From contig NC_134026.1 in assembly GCF_964204645.1 (NCBI RefSeq), forward strand, positions 25,020,150 to 25,084,149: 64,000 bases of DNA, given 5' to 3'. The notes beneath the pieces are model-generated. The model ran no database searches. It was not told where the DNA came from and saw only the letters and a list, made by a program, of their open reading frames with translations. This DNA is from Tubulanus polymorphus (taxonomy: Eukaryota > Animalia > Nemertea). The position numbers and the translations under genes were made by a program. Numbering within the stretch: the stretch's first letter is position 1; every line of letters starts with the position of its first letter. Shown here in pieces: positions 1 through 15,133 of this stretch.

Positions 1-921
1 TTTAGCACTCGAAATGTTCAACGTCCATTAACACTTTTTATAATTTAAGTGAGGCTTTCACTTTGTACTTGGGCTTGTACTTGTATAAGATATTCCCTAC
101 TTCTACATCTCTTCTGTATACTCGCTCTTCCTCCTTGACTCCAGTCCATGCCATCGTTAGTGCGATGCTACTTTTTGAGATGATAGAGTCTTTCTATATT
201 CCTGTGTTTGGTTAGATTTTGGATCTTTCTTTGAAAGATCCAACTTTTTTATGGTTAGCTACAGTTTTTTTTAATACATTATTTTTTATTTTTTTTAAAC
301 TTATCAATATCACTGATATTCGATTAGAAACATAAAGACACAATTCATGATTGCTGATTTAGTGCTTGGCACTGGAGATCCAGTTTCACCATTATTCTTT
401 AACAGAACCTAAGACTAGAAAATAGCTGGTATAGATTGAATTTTAATTTAATCAATTTGAGTAGAATTTAAGCATATGGGTTTAAGATAAAGGCTTTTTG
501 ATAAGATAAATATTGGTTTGAATCTTATCAACAATTCTTCTTTTTGTCACACTTTTTGTAAGCTATTAAAACAATGAAAGTTGCTTTCATCTTTCCAGTC
601 CATGGCCTGGTTGTTACCTGGTTATAGGTAAAGGCTTAGCAAGCCTGTCCAATTAACATTATGATTGAATGTCACTGTCGAAATTTCCCTCTTAATCCAG
701 AAATAATTGACTCTGGTCATGTTACTGATGTAGGCTAATCACTGAATGCAGTGAGAAATGAATCAGGCCATTTCAAATATTGATATCAAATCAATATAAA
801 CCAAGAACACCAACAATATTTAATGTCTTATCCTGCACTATATCTAGATCTATGATAATATGTATAAATGATCATTTTTGTATATATTTTCTGTTTGATA
901 TCGATTCCCTTGTATTTGCAG

Positions 922-978
922 GATATTGAACATGTCCGATCCCTTGGATTAGACTGTATATTCGGAAGCCACCAAAAC
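922..978 (+). other. Putative upstream non-coding exon of CtBP
   Basis: 57-nt segment bounded by a pyrimidine-rich acceptor (cccttgtatttgcag) and a consensus donor (GTAAGT). It has no ATG that reads into CtBP, so it is probably 5'UTR. Confidence 0.35.
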
Positions 979-3762
979 GTAAGTATCTTTCTTGACAAGT
1001 TTTGAATTTTTCATTCGAAATTATGGATGATGCAGCTATATAATTGTTCAGGTTTATTTCATTATCTTCAATATTGCCTGTATATTAATGCCTATTATTA
1101 GTGAGAACAGTTATTACCATCATAATTCAATTGAATAACGTATATTATAACGTAATTATATTGTCTTTAAATCAATGTTAGATGATTATAGGTAGGCCTA
1201 TATTTGGGCACCTTTTGACTGAATAGAGAATCATGAGGTTCAGCGCTTACACAAAATCCAATCATTCATGTCTTGGACTCAGACCTTATTTCTTCTGAAT
1301 TGCAGATATTCTAAATTCAGCCGGTCAAAAATAGTGCGCGAAGAACTGAAGCGTATTATTCAAATTGAGTCAAATATGAGTCTCTTAACGGTTGTCTGAT
1401 AAATAGTAATCCAGGTTCCATTAAATAGTCAAACAGATCGGTAGAAACATCAACCGATATAACGTTTCCTTTGAGATTCGTGCTGTGACTGTTACGATTT
1501 GATTTTTAATATTTCATAAATGGATTTGCGAGATTAACGTTCTCACGAAGTTGAATGATTGCTCCATGTCTCCATGACAACTGAATGACTTGCGAGAATG
1601 TCGGGAAGTTGTTTAATTCATTTTGCGTCTACTGTATTGATTTTGAAAAATAAACGCATTAAATTCCTCAATATTCTGCGCAGATGTTTTCAGTCACAAT
1701 GACAGCCCGACAAAATTTTCATTTTTTTTTCATTGAATTTTTCAAATGAAGTTCTCTCGCCTCTGTTAATGATACGGTACTTAATTATTGATTTCAAAAG
1801 TGAATATTCTGTCATAAATATCCTACAATTGTTATGCGCCGGTTTTGCGAGGAAATATGAACTACAAGCCTGCTTGTGAAACTCGTATTGCCATCAAGAT
1901 GATAATGAAGCTGAGACAGAGAATATTGATGACCTATAAGTGTAACTAGAGATCTGTGTAGTAGGTTGTGCGTGTGGGCATCTAGGTCGTGTGTCTAGAC
2001 TCACAGAGAAACAATACATCGTTACTGGTACATTATACACCTCTGGTCCAGAAAGACAGGTTTTTGTGACAGGCCACAAGTAATTATCCAGATATGAGCA
2101 ATGCGGCACTAAGGAAGCAATTATGTCAAATATGTGGAATCGTTATTGATCACGTATATCTATGGTGATAGCGGTGTCACTGCAAATAATTCTTTAATTT
2201 CGTCTTCTCAATGTTCAGATGAACTGTTTGTTCGGAAAGCCTCTTTTTCTTAGAGATTGAAAAAAAAGAAATGATTTTTCAATCGATTAGTTTATTCGAC
2301 AATTTGGGTTTTCGATGACGCGTCGAAATGTAAAGTTAAAAAAAAATAAAAAGCAAATTTTGTCGCCATCATCTAATACCATTCGGAGCCTGCAGCGTAA
2401 TAAACCCCAATAGATCCTCAGTCAAGTTATTATATAGTAGATCCATTTCGTTGTCGTAGATCAATACGCCAGAAAAATACATTATTTCTCATCCAACGCG
2501 TTTCTCACAGACAATGTGTATTGACAGAAAATGAAAGGCTGCTTGAGTGGGATTATCAGTATTCTGATACAGTCGATGTGCCTAGGTGTGGCTGCTTATT
2601 CAGTTCATACGGCGGCTTGATTATTTATCTGTCTCTCCATAAAATCCAGCGTTGTGCTTCCTTGTAGTGATTATTATCGAATATTTACGAGGTGTCCTAA
2701 TAAGCCTTCATCACTAATGGAATGCTCTTTACTCGTACAGTGTTATATCTGAGCTGTCATGTCAACGCGTTCAGCGCGCTGGTTTTTTCTCCGGCTGCAC
2801 GCTATAATTTTAAGCGTTGCGTCTTCAAGGTGAGCATATCGATCCGGATATATTTGTGATCTCTCTCGCGCTGCTATTGTTATTTGTTGTATTCAACACA
2901 TAAGAGGTATATAGTTAGCGTGTATAAAGCGTCGTATTATATAGACGTGATTTGGTTTGTTGATTATCGTAATGAACCATAATTTCTAACTACGTTGAGC
3001 ATTATAAAGTATTCAGATTATGTATGTTTAATCGATACTTGTATTTGAAGATCATCTTACTCTTTCGTCGAATGCCTGAGGAATAAAAGCGTCGCATTAT
3101 TTTTTTCCATGCATTTCAAAGAATCATTTGTGCCATGTGTGTCGTTGAATGCGGCGTATCGCAGGCATCATTTTCATCATTGATGCAGATATGCTTTCTC
3201 ATTGGATGCGATAATCAACCGCGGGCGAAGAAAATCAATTCTTCAGGTCTCTTCGTAATCGGTCAGCAGAAAATCGCTCTCGACAGAGGAGAGCGCTTCA
3301 TCAACGAACAATATATTTTGTTATCGATCAGTTGACAGTCAGGACACGTGTTAAAATATGCTATCTCCCACTGATAATTGGAATATCTGCATGTTCTTTC
3401 TCTGTTCCTTATACACAGTTTAATGCTGATAACTCGGCTGAATGTTAGTATTTGTGAAATTAACATATAAGATCTTATCTATTAAAAAATTAGAAAGGGA
3501 TTCAAGCTTTTTCTTCTAACAAAATATCATGTCATTTTGTATGGATTCACATTCACTACGGTCAATTAAGGTCTCGTTATTGACTCACTAGTTAGCATAG
3601 AAGATATATGTTGCTATACGAAAGTTGAATGAATATTTGTCTGTTATCTCTTACAGGTTGTGAGGAATATCAGATTCCTTTTTGTATCATTTTTTGCTCA
3701 GCTGTGACACAAGCGTAACCACAAAACTGAACGGGCACGGTCCTTCCTTCGGCTTGAAAAAG

Positions 3763-5762
<2,000 letters not shown>

Positions 5763-6701
5763 AAATCGTAGTCGACGAAAAACGGGCGTATTGAACAAGA
5801 TAGACAAAAAATGGACTGCGTAACTAATTGAAAACAGTGCTCAGTGACAACGCGGAAGAATTATCCAAACTTAGCACAGGAATTCTACTAGTTGTACAAA
5901 TTGTAAAGAAATAGATATATGAACATGTATGAGCAGTATTCTCATATACAAATACATGTATAACAGTGACAGTTCGTTCAGTCATCAGATGATTGACGCA
6001 GATTTAATCATGATTTTAGGTGCTAAGTGGAGCTGGTTCAGTGTCGTAGTGAAAGGTCACAGAACAGGTTACCCAGTCACATTTTGGCCCATGTTTATTA
6101 CGGAGGTATAGCACTGCGATCTGTATTGATTATTTTTATTATCAAATCGAGAAAAGTTAATGAGAATTTTTTCTGCGGTGCTAAAAATGTTGTGGGCTGG
6201 ATAGCCATTATGACTTAAATGAACTATTTTTTTTTTCATTTCACTCTTGGTACCAATTTAGACTGAAATATTATTTTGTAGTTTTAGAAATTTAGTTTTG
6301 TGTATATTGTGCGTTGATTCATTTGGTTCTGTCATACCGCGAGCATGAGGATGACATCTTGATGACGCTGGCTGTTTTTTGGATGGCTTGCAAGCGAGTT
6401 CATGTAAAAAGACTACTTGACGACAATGCATTTATGATGAACCTTTGTATGTTTCATTGAATATGCGAAGGAAAAGTGCGAACCTGCGCGGAAATCATTA
6501 AAAATGAAACGGAACGCTAATGCTGGTGTGTACCACAGTTTCATAGGTCATCAGTGTGGATTAGTTTTGTTACGGCTTATGACGACTAATGACTTCAGGC
6601 AGCGCTCTGACTGCTTTTAAGTGGTGTTTTTGATTGAAGATATACTGGGGTTGCCTATTTCATACAGGTAGACCCATTTCATATCACATTATTTGCATGT
6701 A

Positions 6702-7485
6702 TGTAAATATATCTATAAATATATAAATACATGTATCACACTATATCAAATTGTAGCTGTGAGATTCGTCTGAGACATAAAAACACTGACTCTTGAATTT
6801 GTAAATTCACACGAGATAATTCAAGGCATCCATATCCGGGTTTCAAAATGAGAGATGTTTCATTTCTTAAGTTTTCAGGGGCCGTTACATGCTTCATGTG
6901 AATGCAACTGTTTTGTATTGTAATAGTAAAATAACATTTGATATCTCTAGTTAGAGAATGGCATTGGCGACAAAAATTCAACATCTTTGATGATATCATA
7001 ACAAACTTCTACATTTATGATGAATTACCAAAATGTATTACATAAAACAAGAATGTATATATAAGTTTCCCTTGAGAATTTAAGTGTGTGCACATTTTTA
7101 TCTGTAAATAAATGTTAGACCTCGTTGCATTTGACAACGTCAACAAAATTGACTAATTTCTTTTTTGAATTCTCGTAAATCTCACGGATTAGTTTTTTGA
7201 TGAAATAATCATGAGACCAAATATTACTTCATTTCTGTACATAATATCATAAAAAGCACTGTGCATTTAGTTGATCTTATCTGGAGACCCATTATTTTGA
7301 CACTTCCTTGGCTAATCCAAATACCTTTATAGAGTATGAATTTTTATTTCGAGATCGCAGATCTATATTCTATATGAAAAAAAGGTACGTACTTGTAAAT
7401 CACTTTGGCAATACACCCAGTGGCCCATGAATTGTTATGTTTGAGGGCAAATAGATAATTATGCAATGTGTGAATCTTGTAAATA
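6702..7485 (+). promoter_or_regulatory. Cluster of Pumilio response elements (TGTANATA) in the presumed CtBP 3'UTR
   Basis: TGTAAATA at 6702, TGTATATA at 7054, TGTAAATA at 7103, TGTACATA at 7236 and TGTAAATA at 7478, upstream of an AATAAA near 7852. Confidence 0.45.
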
Positions 7486-8592
7486 GATTTCAAACTCATC
7501 ATCATTATGCTTGCACATTATATTGATGCTTATGTATACATTTGTCAAAATGACTTAATTTTGTTTTGTTTCCCGCATAAAGATTACCGCAAGGTTCCGA
7601 ATTGTTTCTTTGTTAATGTCAAGAAAGGAATTTCTGAACAACTCAAGACTACAAACCTTCAAGATGCCTTCTGGCATTTTTGTAAAGATTTGACCAGGTC
7701 TTTGAATTATTTGTCCTCATTCTTAACTGCGCAGTTGTTGAAATTTTCCTTTTATACTCGAACTGTTAACAAACATGTAGTAATGTCGCAACTTCAAAAA
7801 TTCTGTAACTCAGAAGGGAAGTTAAAAGTTTTTAATGTCATTCACTGACAAAATAAATTATGGGATCTATTATTTTGGACAGTAAGAATATCTTTTTGTG
7901 TCATTTGTCTTTTCCTGGCCTAAATGGTTCATGGTTTTAATTGTTTTTATATCAAATCGTAAGACTAACAGTTTTTTCATTTGCCAATGGTACATACAGG
8001 CAATTTCTTACCCACAATGTCACTAAGTAACCAGCATCCGAGGAAACAAATTTTTTCAAGAATATTTTCATATGTAAGTTGAACTCGTCAAGAAGGAATT
8101 TTCAGTTAATGGGAAAACTTATAAGTTTTAGCCTGAATCAGTTTCTAGGACTCTTATGTATTATTTTATATGCATTTGTTAAATCTGTGCTTAGTATATC
8201 TGGCATCAGATACTGCTATAATCAGGTCCTTGCTGACATTATTCCTTTTCTATGATGGACATTTTGACAATAAAAGTAGGTATGTCATACACTAAATTGC
8301 ATTTCCATGTGTTCAATCTTTTTAGGGACGATTCCACTCATTTTAGTTAAAGAAAAGTTAAGTCCAGGATTCAGACTAGGCCAGTCTTCAGCAGAATGAA
8401 AGGAACTGTCTACTTGAACACAATAACAAAAGAATAAAGAAAAAGATGATGTTTTTTCAAAAAACTTATATGTATTGCTATTCAGTTTCATGCACATTAT
8501 AAGAATAATTGCCTGAATGCATATACCGGTACTTCATCAGTCTGGTATTATTATCACAATGATCATAGTTCCAAAAACTAATCTACCACAGT

Positions 8593-9744
8593 TCATCTTT
8601 GAATTGTTTTCAGTTGGTCCTGTACATTATCCATCATCTCCATGCTGAAAATATATGGAACAAAGGTGATAATTGAACATGGCAGGCTGATTGCACAAGA
8701 TCTGTATTCTTTTTGGATCGAGACTTACCTCCTTTCTATAGCTTCAGCTCTGAAATGAAAATAGTTGACTTAAGTGATGGCAAACAAATTGGAGACTTTA
8801 TGATGGATTGTTGTTATCAAATGTTATGTGTGAATCCAACTTACTGAAATTGCAACTGAGTAGTTATCAATGCCATTCGTTTGATAGTCTGAAAGAAATA
8901 AGACAACATGAAATTGTTTGAAGCCTAGGCTACTACAAAACAATATCCTATCCACTATAACTGACCTCATGTGAATTATTGATTGCAGTCTCTTGAAATG
9001 CAAAATTCTTGGCAGCTTGAGCCAGTAACTAAAAATATCAATCATTGACACAAACGGTGTTCATCATTTTTATCCAATGATTTGACCATAGCATTAAAAA
9101 ACGGAGGCCAGTTGCTCAAAATGTGGTTAGATTTAACCGGTGGATAGTTCACAGAGATAATTGAAAGTTCATTGTTAGTATGGTATTTATGCCAGCTATC
9201 TTTAAACCAACTTTTAAGCAACTGACCCCTAATCGATAGTGATCACCAAATTTCACAGGGCTTTGTGCTTTAGACATTTGACAATGTCACAGAGACTTGA
9301 CACAAATTTTGACGACCCTAGTATCCTAGGTAATAGTACCTACTAGTCCTAGGATACTGGGGTCGTCAAAATCCTTTTGTCGAGTCCATGTGGACAATGT
9401 ATAGGTCCACTCTCAATGACAACGAGGTCTATCCGTATAATCTAACGAGTATAGGGATAGTGCTAATTGAGTTAACCAATAAAATGTGAGCCCAGCAGTG
9501 TCTGTCAGTGTCAGTGTCAAGTCAGTGTCAGTGAAGAATGATAACGTTGATGCTGTTTATAGTATACTGACGTGATCATTTAAACTAATATCATTTGTAT
9601 AGAAATAAATTTTACCTCATTTGTCTTTGAGCCACGAATCATCTGTCTCGTTAAAGACGATATATCGTTCACATTCTGTTGGATTTTTTCAGATAGACGA
9701 GATTTTGTTTCTTGATTCCAACCACTAGCATTATTGACAGACAT
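8593..9744 (-). CDS. BORCS7: BLOC-1-related complex subunit 7 (BORCS7/C10orf32-like), 102 aa, 5 exons
   Basis: Exons 9744-9616, 9028-8966, 8888-8845, 8749-8729 and 8644-8593 splice in frame (309 nt) to MSVNNASGWNQETKSRLSEKIQQNVNDISSLTRQMIRGSKTNELLAQAAKNFAFQETAINNSHETIKRMALITTQLQFQAEAIERSMEMMDNVQDQLKTIQR*. This matches the BORCS7 pattern as recalled (LL.QAA.N...QE.AI..S.....MA.ITT.LQ.Q.EAI). Confidence 0.9.
9103..9230. mobile_element. MITE-like element with terminal inverted repeats in BORCS7 intron 1
   Basis: GGCCAGTTGCTCAAAA (9106-9121) and TTTTAAGCAACTGACC (9212-9227) are 14/16 reverse-complementary around a non-coding interior. A similar end (GCAACTGACTCC) recurs near 39805. Confidence 0.6.
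9294..9386. repeat. Long inverted repeat / hairpin in BORCS7 intron 1
   Basis: ATTTTGACGACCCTAGTATCCTAGG (9306-9330) pairs with CCTAGGATACTGGGGTCGTCAAAAT (9348-9372), 24/25 with a 17-nt loop. It is extended by GACTTGACA/TGTCGAGTC. Confidence 0.85.
9496..9533. repeat. Imperfect (CAGTGT)n hexamer repeat
   Basis: cagtgtctgtcagtgtcagtgtcaagtcagtgtcagtg. Confidence 0.7.
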
Positions 9745-10050
9745 TTTACTTCCGGGTTGTCAGTCCGGTCTTTATTCCGTAGTCCGGTCCATGAGTCCGA
9801 AGTTCAACATTTCGCGCGATGTATTTCAAGGCCGTTGAGCGAATTATTGTTGCTTATGAAAAACGCCGACCTGAAACTTGCATAAATCTCAATAAACAAT
9901 ACTCTGAGAGTGATCACGAAGCGTCTCATTGACTAAGGTGGCTTGGACATTTGGTCTACTACATAATCAAAAAGCACCAGTGACACACCACCGGTGTTTG
10001 CCCTTATATCTTTTCCCCCAAAAAATCTTTATAAAAAGTGTTGTTGTCTT
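9745..10050. promoter_or_regulatory. Probable bidirectional promoter for BORCS7 and the DUF389 gene
   Basis: Head-to-head genes with ATGs at 9744 (-) and 10454 (+). The region is locally CpG-rich, has an ETS/GABP-type CCGGAAGT on the minus strand just upstream of the BORCS7 ATG, and carries repeated AGTCCG motifs. Confidence 0.5.
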
Positions 10051-10453
10051 TGAATGAACTGTACTGTTAGTTTCCAGTTTGTGTTAGTGTTACTGTTGTT
10101 CAACAACATCATAGACAACACCGACCATCAGTTAAAGCCTTTCGAGTGAGGCTCCATTCTCTGTACAGCAACCCTCACCTGCCAACAACACGCCAGAATT
10201 TGTTACTGCTGTCGGCTTATCGCTTCCAGATCCAGAACTTGCCCTTAAAGTGTGTGGTGAAGTAGTGTGTCTTTTGAGTGTGAAACAACGATTACTCACT
10301 GACTGCTCTGTGAGCCTCTCGACCTAACCAAAGATGGTGACAGTGGAGATCTCTTGTATCACATCTTAACATACAAGGAACTAGGCCTTGGTGGATTTTA
10401 TAGAACACTCTATAGTATTTTTCTCTACTAGTAGTGGTTACATATTGAACGAA

Positions 10454-13400
10454 ATGCCAGTTGTTTTTGTGATCCTAGTACCTGCCTCAACTGATGTTGT
10501 TGATGGCTTTCGGAGCGAATCTCTACCTCTGCCACTAGAAGATATCACTGAAGAAGAAACTCACATTGCCAATTCCACTACTGAAAATTCTGATTTGAAT
10601 ACCAAGGATTCAAATGTGCCATCATCAACCTCAACAGCCACAAATCCAACGATATCAATCCCTTTACCGACCCAGAACACGAGTTCATCTTGTAATAGTA
10701 CCAATAATGAAAACATAGAACTTTTTGAAAGAATAAGTCCGGCACCGGAGATAAAAGTCAATGTGTCAAAATTAGATGATGGCACAGGTCAGAATACTCC
10801 GACTTATGATCTGCCTGAAGAAGACTCTGTGCATAGGAACAATGAGAAAGGAGATAAACTAAATTCAGATGATGCCAATAAAGATGATGAGAATGATGAA
10901 TCAGAAATGATGAGTTTGATCGGACACTTATCCTTGGAACTAGTTAGTGCATATGAGGTTGAAATTTTTTTGCAATTCGTTAAACAAATTTTATAAATCA
11001 CTAGTATTTCAAATTTCAGGTAACAAAGCATGTTTTAGACAAAATGCAAATTACTGATTATTCTTGGACACCATGTGAAGATAGCAAGATGATACAGGTA
11101 GGTTACCGGGTAGTGTGAGAAATGTCTCGTCAGTATTAGCTTCAGCAGGTTGATATTTATTTCTTTGTAGAGAACTGTTATTCATTTTGGTTTTATTGAA
11201 TACTGTAGGTGCAGTTTGTCGAAGGCGATGATGAAAGAGCTGAGCTCATCTTGATCAAATTCATCAAGATTGGAATCGGAAAAATTGAAGGATCTGCAAT
11301 AACGTATATTCTGTGTTTTAAAATTTGCTATATTAAGTAGGCCTATTTAAAGAGAAAATGCATTCATGATTTTTTCTTTTTTTGTAGTATGATACCCGCT
11401 TCAATTCATATGCAAGATCATAAAGATTTGAAAAGTGTTTCAGAAGAAAAGTAGGACTATGATTTATACATGCACATGTAAAATTGTTTTAATGAGGTGA
11501 TGGTTCTTTTTACTCTGATCTTCTATTACATTGTTATTGTAGAATGAATAATGAATTTGGTTCGAAAGAGAAGAAACTAAGCGAATTCAAGAAGTCCATC
11601 AAAGCTCGTTTAACTGTTGCTCAGGTACTTAATTCTTTTTATGGTTTCACTTAATCGAAAACACAGCAAGGAATCAGAAAAAAATTCTTTTTTTTATAGG
11701 TTGTAGAAGGGGTTCGGGCGAATGCTAAATTGACTTTTGATTTCCTTATGCTGATCATTCTTGCCAGGTAATGTTATCATGCCTCCATCCATCTATTAAA
11801 AAAGTACAGTAAACTGCTGGTTTTACTCGATGTGACTCTTTCAGTCTGATTGCTGCTATGGGCCTTGTTGAAAATAATTCTGTTGTGTTAGTAGCCAGCA
11901 TGTTGATATCACCCCTCATGGTATGTATCTCCAAAATTTACATTTGATTTATCATATCTGATCGAAAGTACCATATACTGTATTTCATTGATCATAATTT
12001 CAGGGTCCAATTTTAGCTGGGACATTTGGAACTGTTGTACACAATGCATCACTTCGGAACTTGGGATTGAAAAATGAAGTTATCGGTTTAAGCATTTGCC
12101 TAGGTGTTGGTAAGTCATACTGGAAAAATATTCTGAAAGTGAAGCAAATATTGTTACTAATTACTTTCTCTGCTCTCTATTAGGGTTTATATTTGGGATT
12201 ATCTCTGGATCTTTTAGCACAAATGGTGCATTGTGGGGAGCGACATGTGATTATCCAACCAGAGAAATGAAAAATAGGTAACTAGCATCCACAAACTTCT
12301 AAACCCTGCCACAATTTCACCACTTCTTGAAAAAATGTGTTGTGTGTTATTGATTTTTAGAGGTGTTTTGCGATCATTATGGACTGGTTTACTGATAGCT
12401 ATACCTTCAGGAGCTGGTGTAGCTCTTTCTGTACTTGGAGGTAATGCTGGTTCACTAGTGGGTGTTGCTATATCTGCATCTTTATTACCTCCTGCTGTTA
12501 ATGCGGTACGATATTTTGAAAGTTACCAGTATGTTTTATCTCAACACAGTCTATTCAAAGTATTCTTGCGCATGGATCTTGTTACATTTTTAGGGAATGC
12601 TTTGGGCTTATTCGTTAATCACTGCTTTTGTTCCCCCTGCCAATGATATGGACAGATTTACTGAGGTAAGTATACCGGATAACTGTGTTGTTGAATTATC
12701 TAAATGGGGTCTGTGTCTGATATACAGTATGTATAAAAGAGTTTGAATTATCTTCAAATATATTCCAGGTAATGAATTCATCCTCAAGTGTTTCCCAGTG
12801 TCCACCACTTCTTAATAATACCTATACTTACGTGTATTCGTGTAATATGGCTAAAGAAGCTCTCATTCTCGGTCTGGTCAGCTTATTTCTTACTCTTCTC
12901 AACATTGTTTGTATTGTAATTATGGCAATCGTTGTTTTAAAGGTGAGTTTCCAAATTTGCATTGCTTGTGACTTGTTTGCATCTATGATATATTTGGAAT
13001 TTATGTCTTTAGATTAAAGAGGTCGCACCGAATGTGACCAGCATAGAACTAACTAAAGATTTCTGGAAACGGGATATTAAGGTAACTATACAATATAATT
13101 GATATCTGCTCTGTGAGTTTGTAATTTCCAGTTTAAGTCAAGTAGTTGTAATGTTACCAGTATGTAATCTAGATTGCAAGAGATTCCTATAAAACTCTTC
13201 ATGGTGTTGAGTCAGAGGAACTGGCCAAACGATTTCGTGATGAATGGAGGGTAAGATATTTCAGTTTTGGTTCACTTTTTCACTATTCCGCGTATCTGTC
13301 TCATTCCTCTATTCCTTTTTTCCAGGCTTTGAACAAAGATGAATCTAAAGACGGATCATTGAATGACATTTTAGCGGTTAGTACTGAATTTTTACTAAAT

Positions 13401-14043
13401 TGATTCCTGCAGACGGCTATAATGTGCAATGGGACATGGATGATTGTATGAAACGTTATGTCTTTTAGGATATCAAGCATGATGATACATATCGTGGAAT
13501 TATCTGTAGTATGCCTTCAAGTCCATATCCAGGGGTAAATCAATCGTTTAGTTACAAATTCTACTCTCATCCTTCCTTGTGAGATGATTTAAGTTTCTGA
13601 TTTTTCCATTTCAGCTGTATGAGAGACAGTTTTCAGATAATGCTGGCATTCACTTTAATCCTGGTCATGACCCATCACGATATCATACAATACACGGTTT
13701 ACCAAATAGTTATCATCAGCCGAGCGATACATTCCATCCAAGGCACAGAAAAAACAATTTTTTGACTCAAAATTTACCGTCGGGCTCAGGCTGTGCAGCT
13801 ATTACCGGTGAAACTAGTCATAAGAATGAGTCTGTCGCTAATCAAGAGACTTCACTAAAACGGACGTCGCTGTTGGACTTCTTTCGAAAACCTAGATTCA
13901 CCGTTAGGAAAGTCGATGAACCGGAGAAAGAACACAAGACATCTCGATTTTCATTGTTTCACAAACGGCATGAAGGAACGAAAAAGTTTATCGTGACACA
14001 GGTCGACGAAGGTGAAATCGAAAAACAGCAAATGATTGCATGA
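10454..14043 (+). CDS. DUF389 family multi-pass membrane protein (MJ1221-like), ~17 exons
   Basis: An acidic low-complexity exon 1 is followed by short exons giving FKKSIKARLTVAQVV, LTFDFLMLIILASLIAAMGLVENNSVVLVASMLISPLMGPILAGTFG and GAGVALSVLGGNAGSLVGVAISASLLPPAVNAG, which are characteristic DUF389 motifs. The last exon is 13614-14043. Confidence 0.88.
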
Positions 14044-15133
14044 TTTCACTCTACATATGAAACCTTAGTGAGAAAATGTATTATGATAAATAGCTAGTTG
14101 AATGATAATTTATTTCTTAGAATCACTTTCCGCAAATAATGTCCTTGCAAACATGAACAAAATAGCACAGATCTTGATGAAAAATTATTTTATTACCTTT
14201 TATGGTACTTATATTTCTATATATTGCTGGTATTTACAAAGGAAGAGGTGTTAAGTAATTCATGTTTCCTTTTTTCATAGAATTATTACTGTTCATAGTA
14301 AGGTTAGTAGTTATACTAGCTGATACAGCCTGTACCTCTGTACCATTTTTCATACAAAATGAAACTTCAGGAAGTAGGAAGTACGTAGTTGAGGAAGGTA
14401 TTAATCACCAAAATTGTCAGGTGTTGTATTTTTCATCCGTTATACTAAAGTATATAAAACGTCATGCTGGAAACTCTGTGTTAAATAGATTTATTTATAA
14501 ATTAATAATACCAAGAAACAAACAATGAGCATTTGAATTGTAATGAATAGGATTTTTGCGCTATAATACTCATTATCAAAGATTGGATCTACACGTTATC
14601 TTGAATATCAACCGACCTTATTGTATACATAGGTTGCATAGAAATCAGTGTTAATATAATATATTTCTATATACAGAATGTACCACAGACCTGACATAAC
14701 ATAGACCTGAATATTAAATATTTTTTAATAAATATTCCACAACTATTCAAAATTACAAACTGGTTTTGCTCATTAGTCTTAATGTATATAGGCTTATAGT
14801 ATCCTTCCTTGATTGGATAATTAAATTATAAATATATCTCCAGTGTAAAGAAATCTCCAGGACTGAATCATCGGATCTCTTCGCAGATTCGTTCACTTGT
14901 ATTTTGACCTTATCCGACATACCTGTATTCTAGAAAAAGAAGGATATAAGATGAATCAATTGAGGATGTATATTTTCATGAAAGCACGTCAGTAATGATT
15001 GATTAGTGTTTGATCCATGCTTATGTTACGAACTAACTGGTCAACTTCTATGGTTTAATTCTAGCATGCATTTTGAGTACGTAAACCCTTCTATACTCTG
15101 ATTCTTACTTTGTCATAGACACCTAGCATTCTT

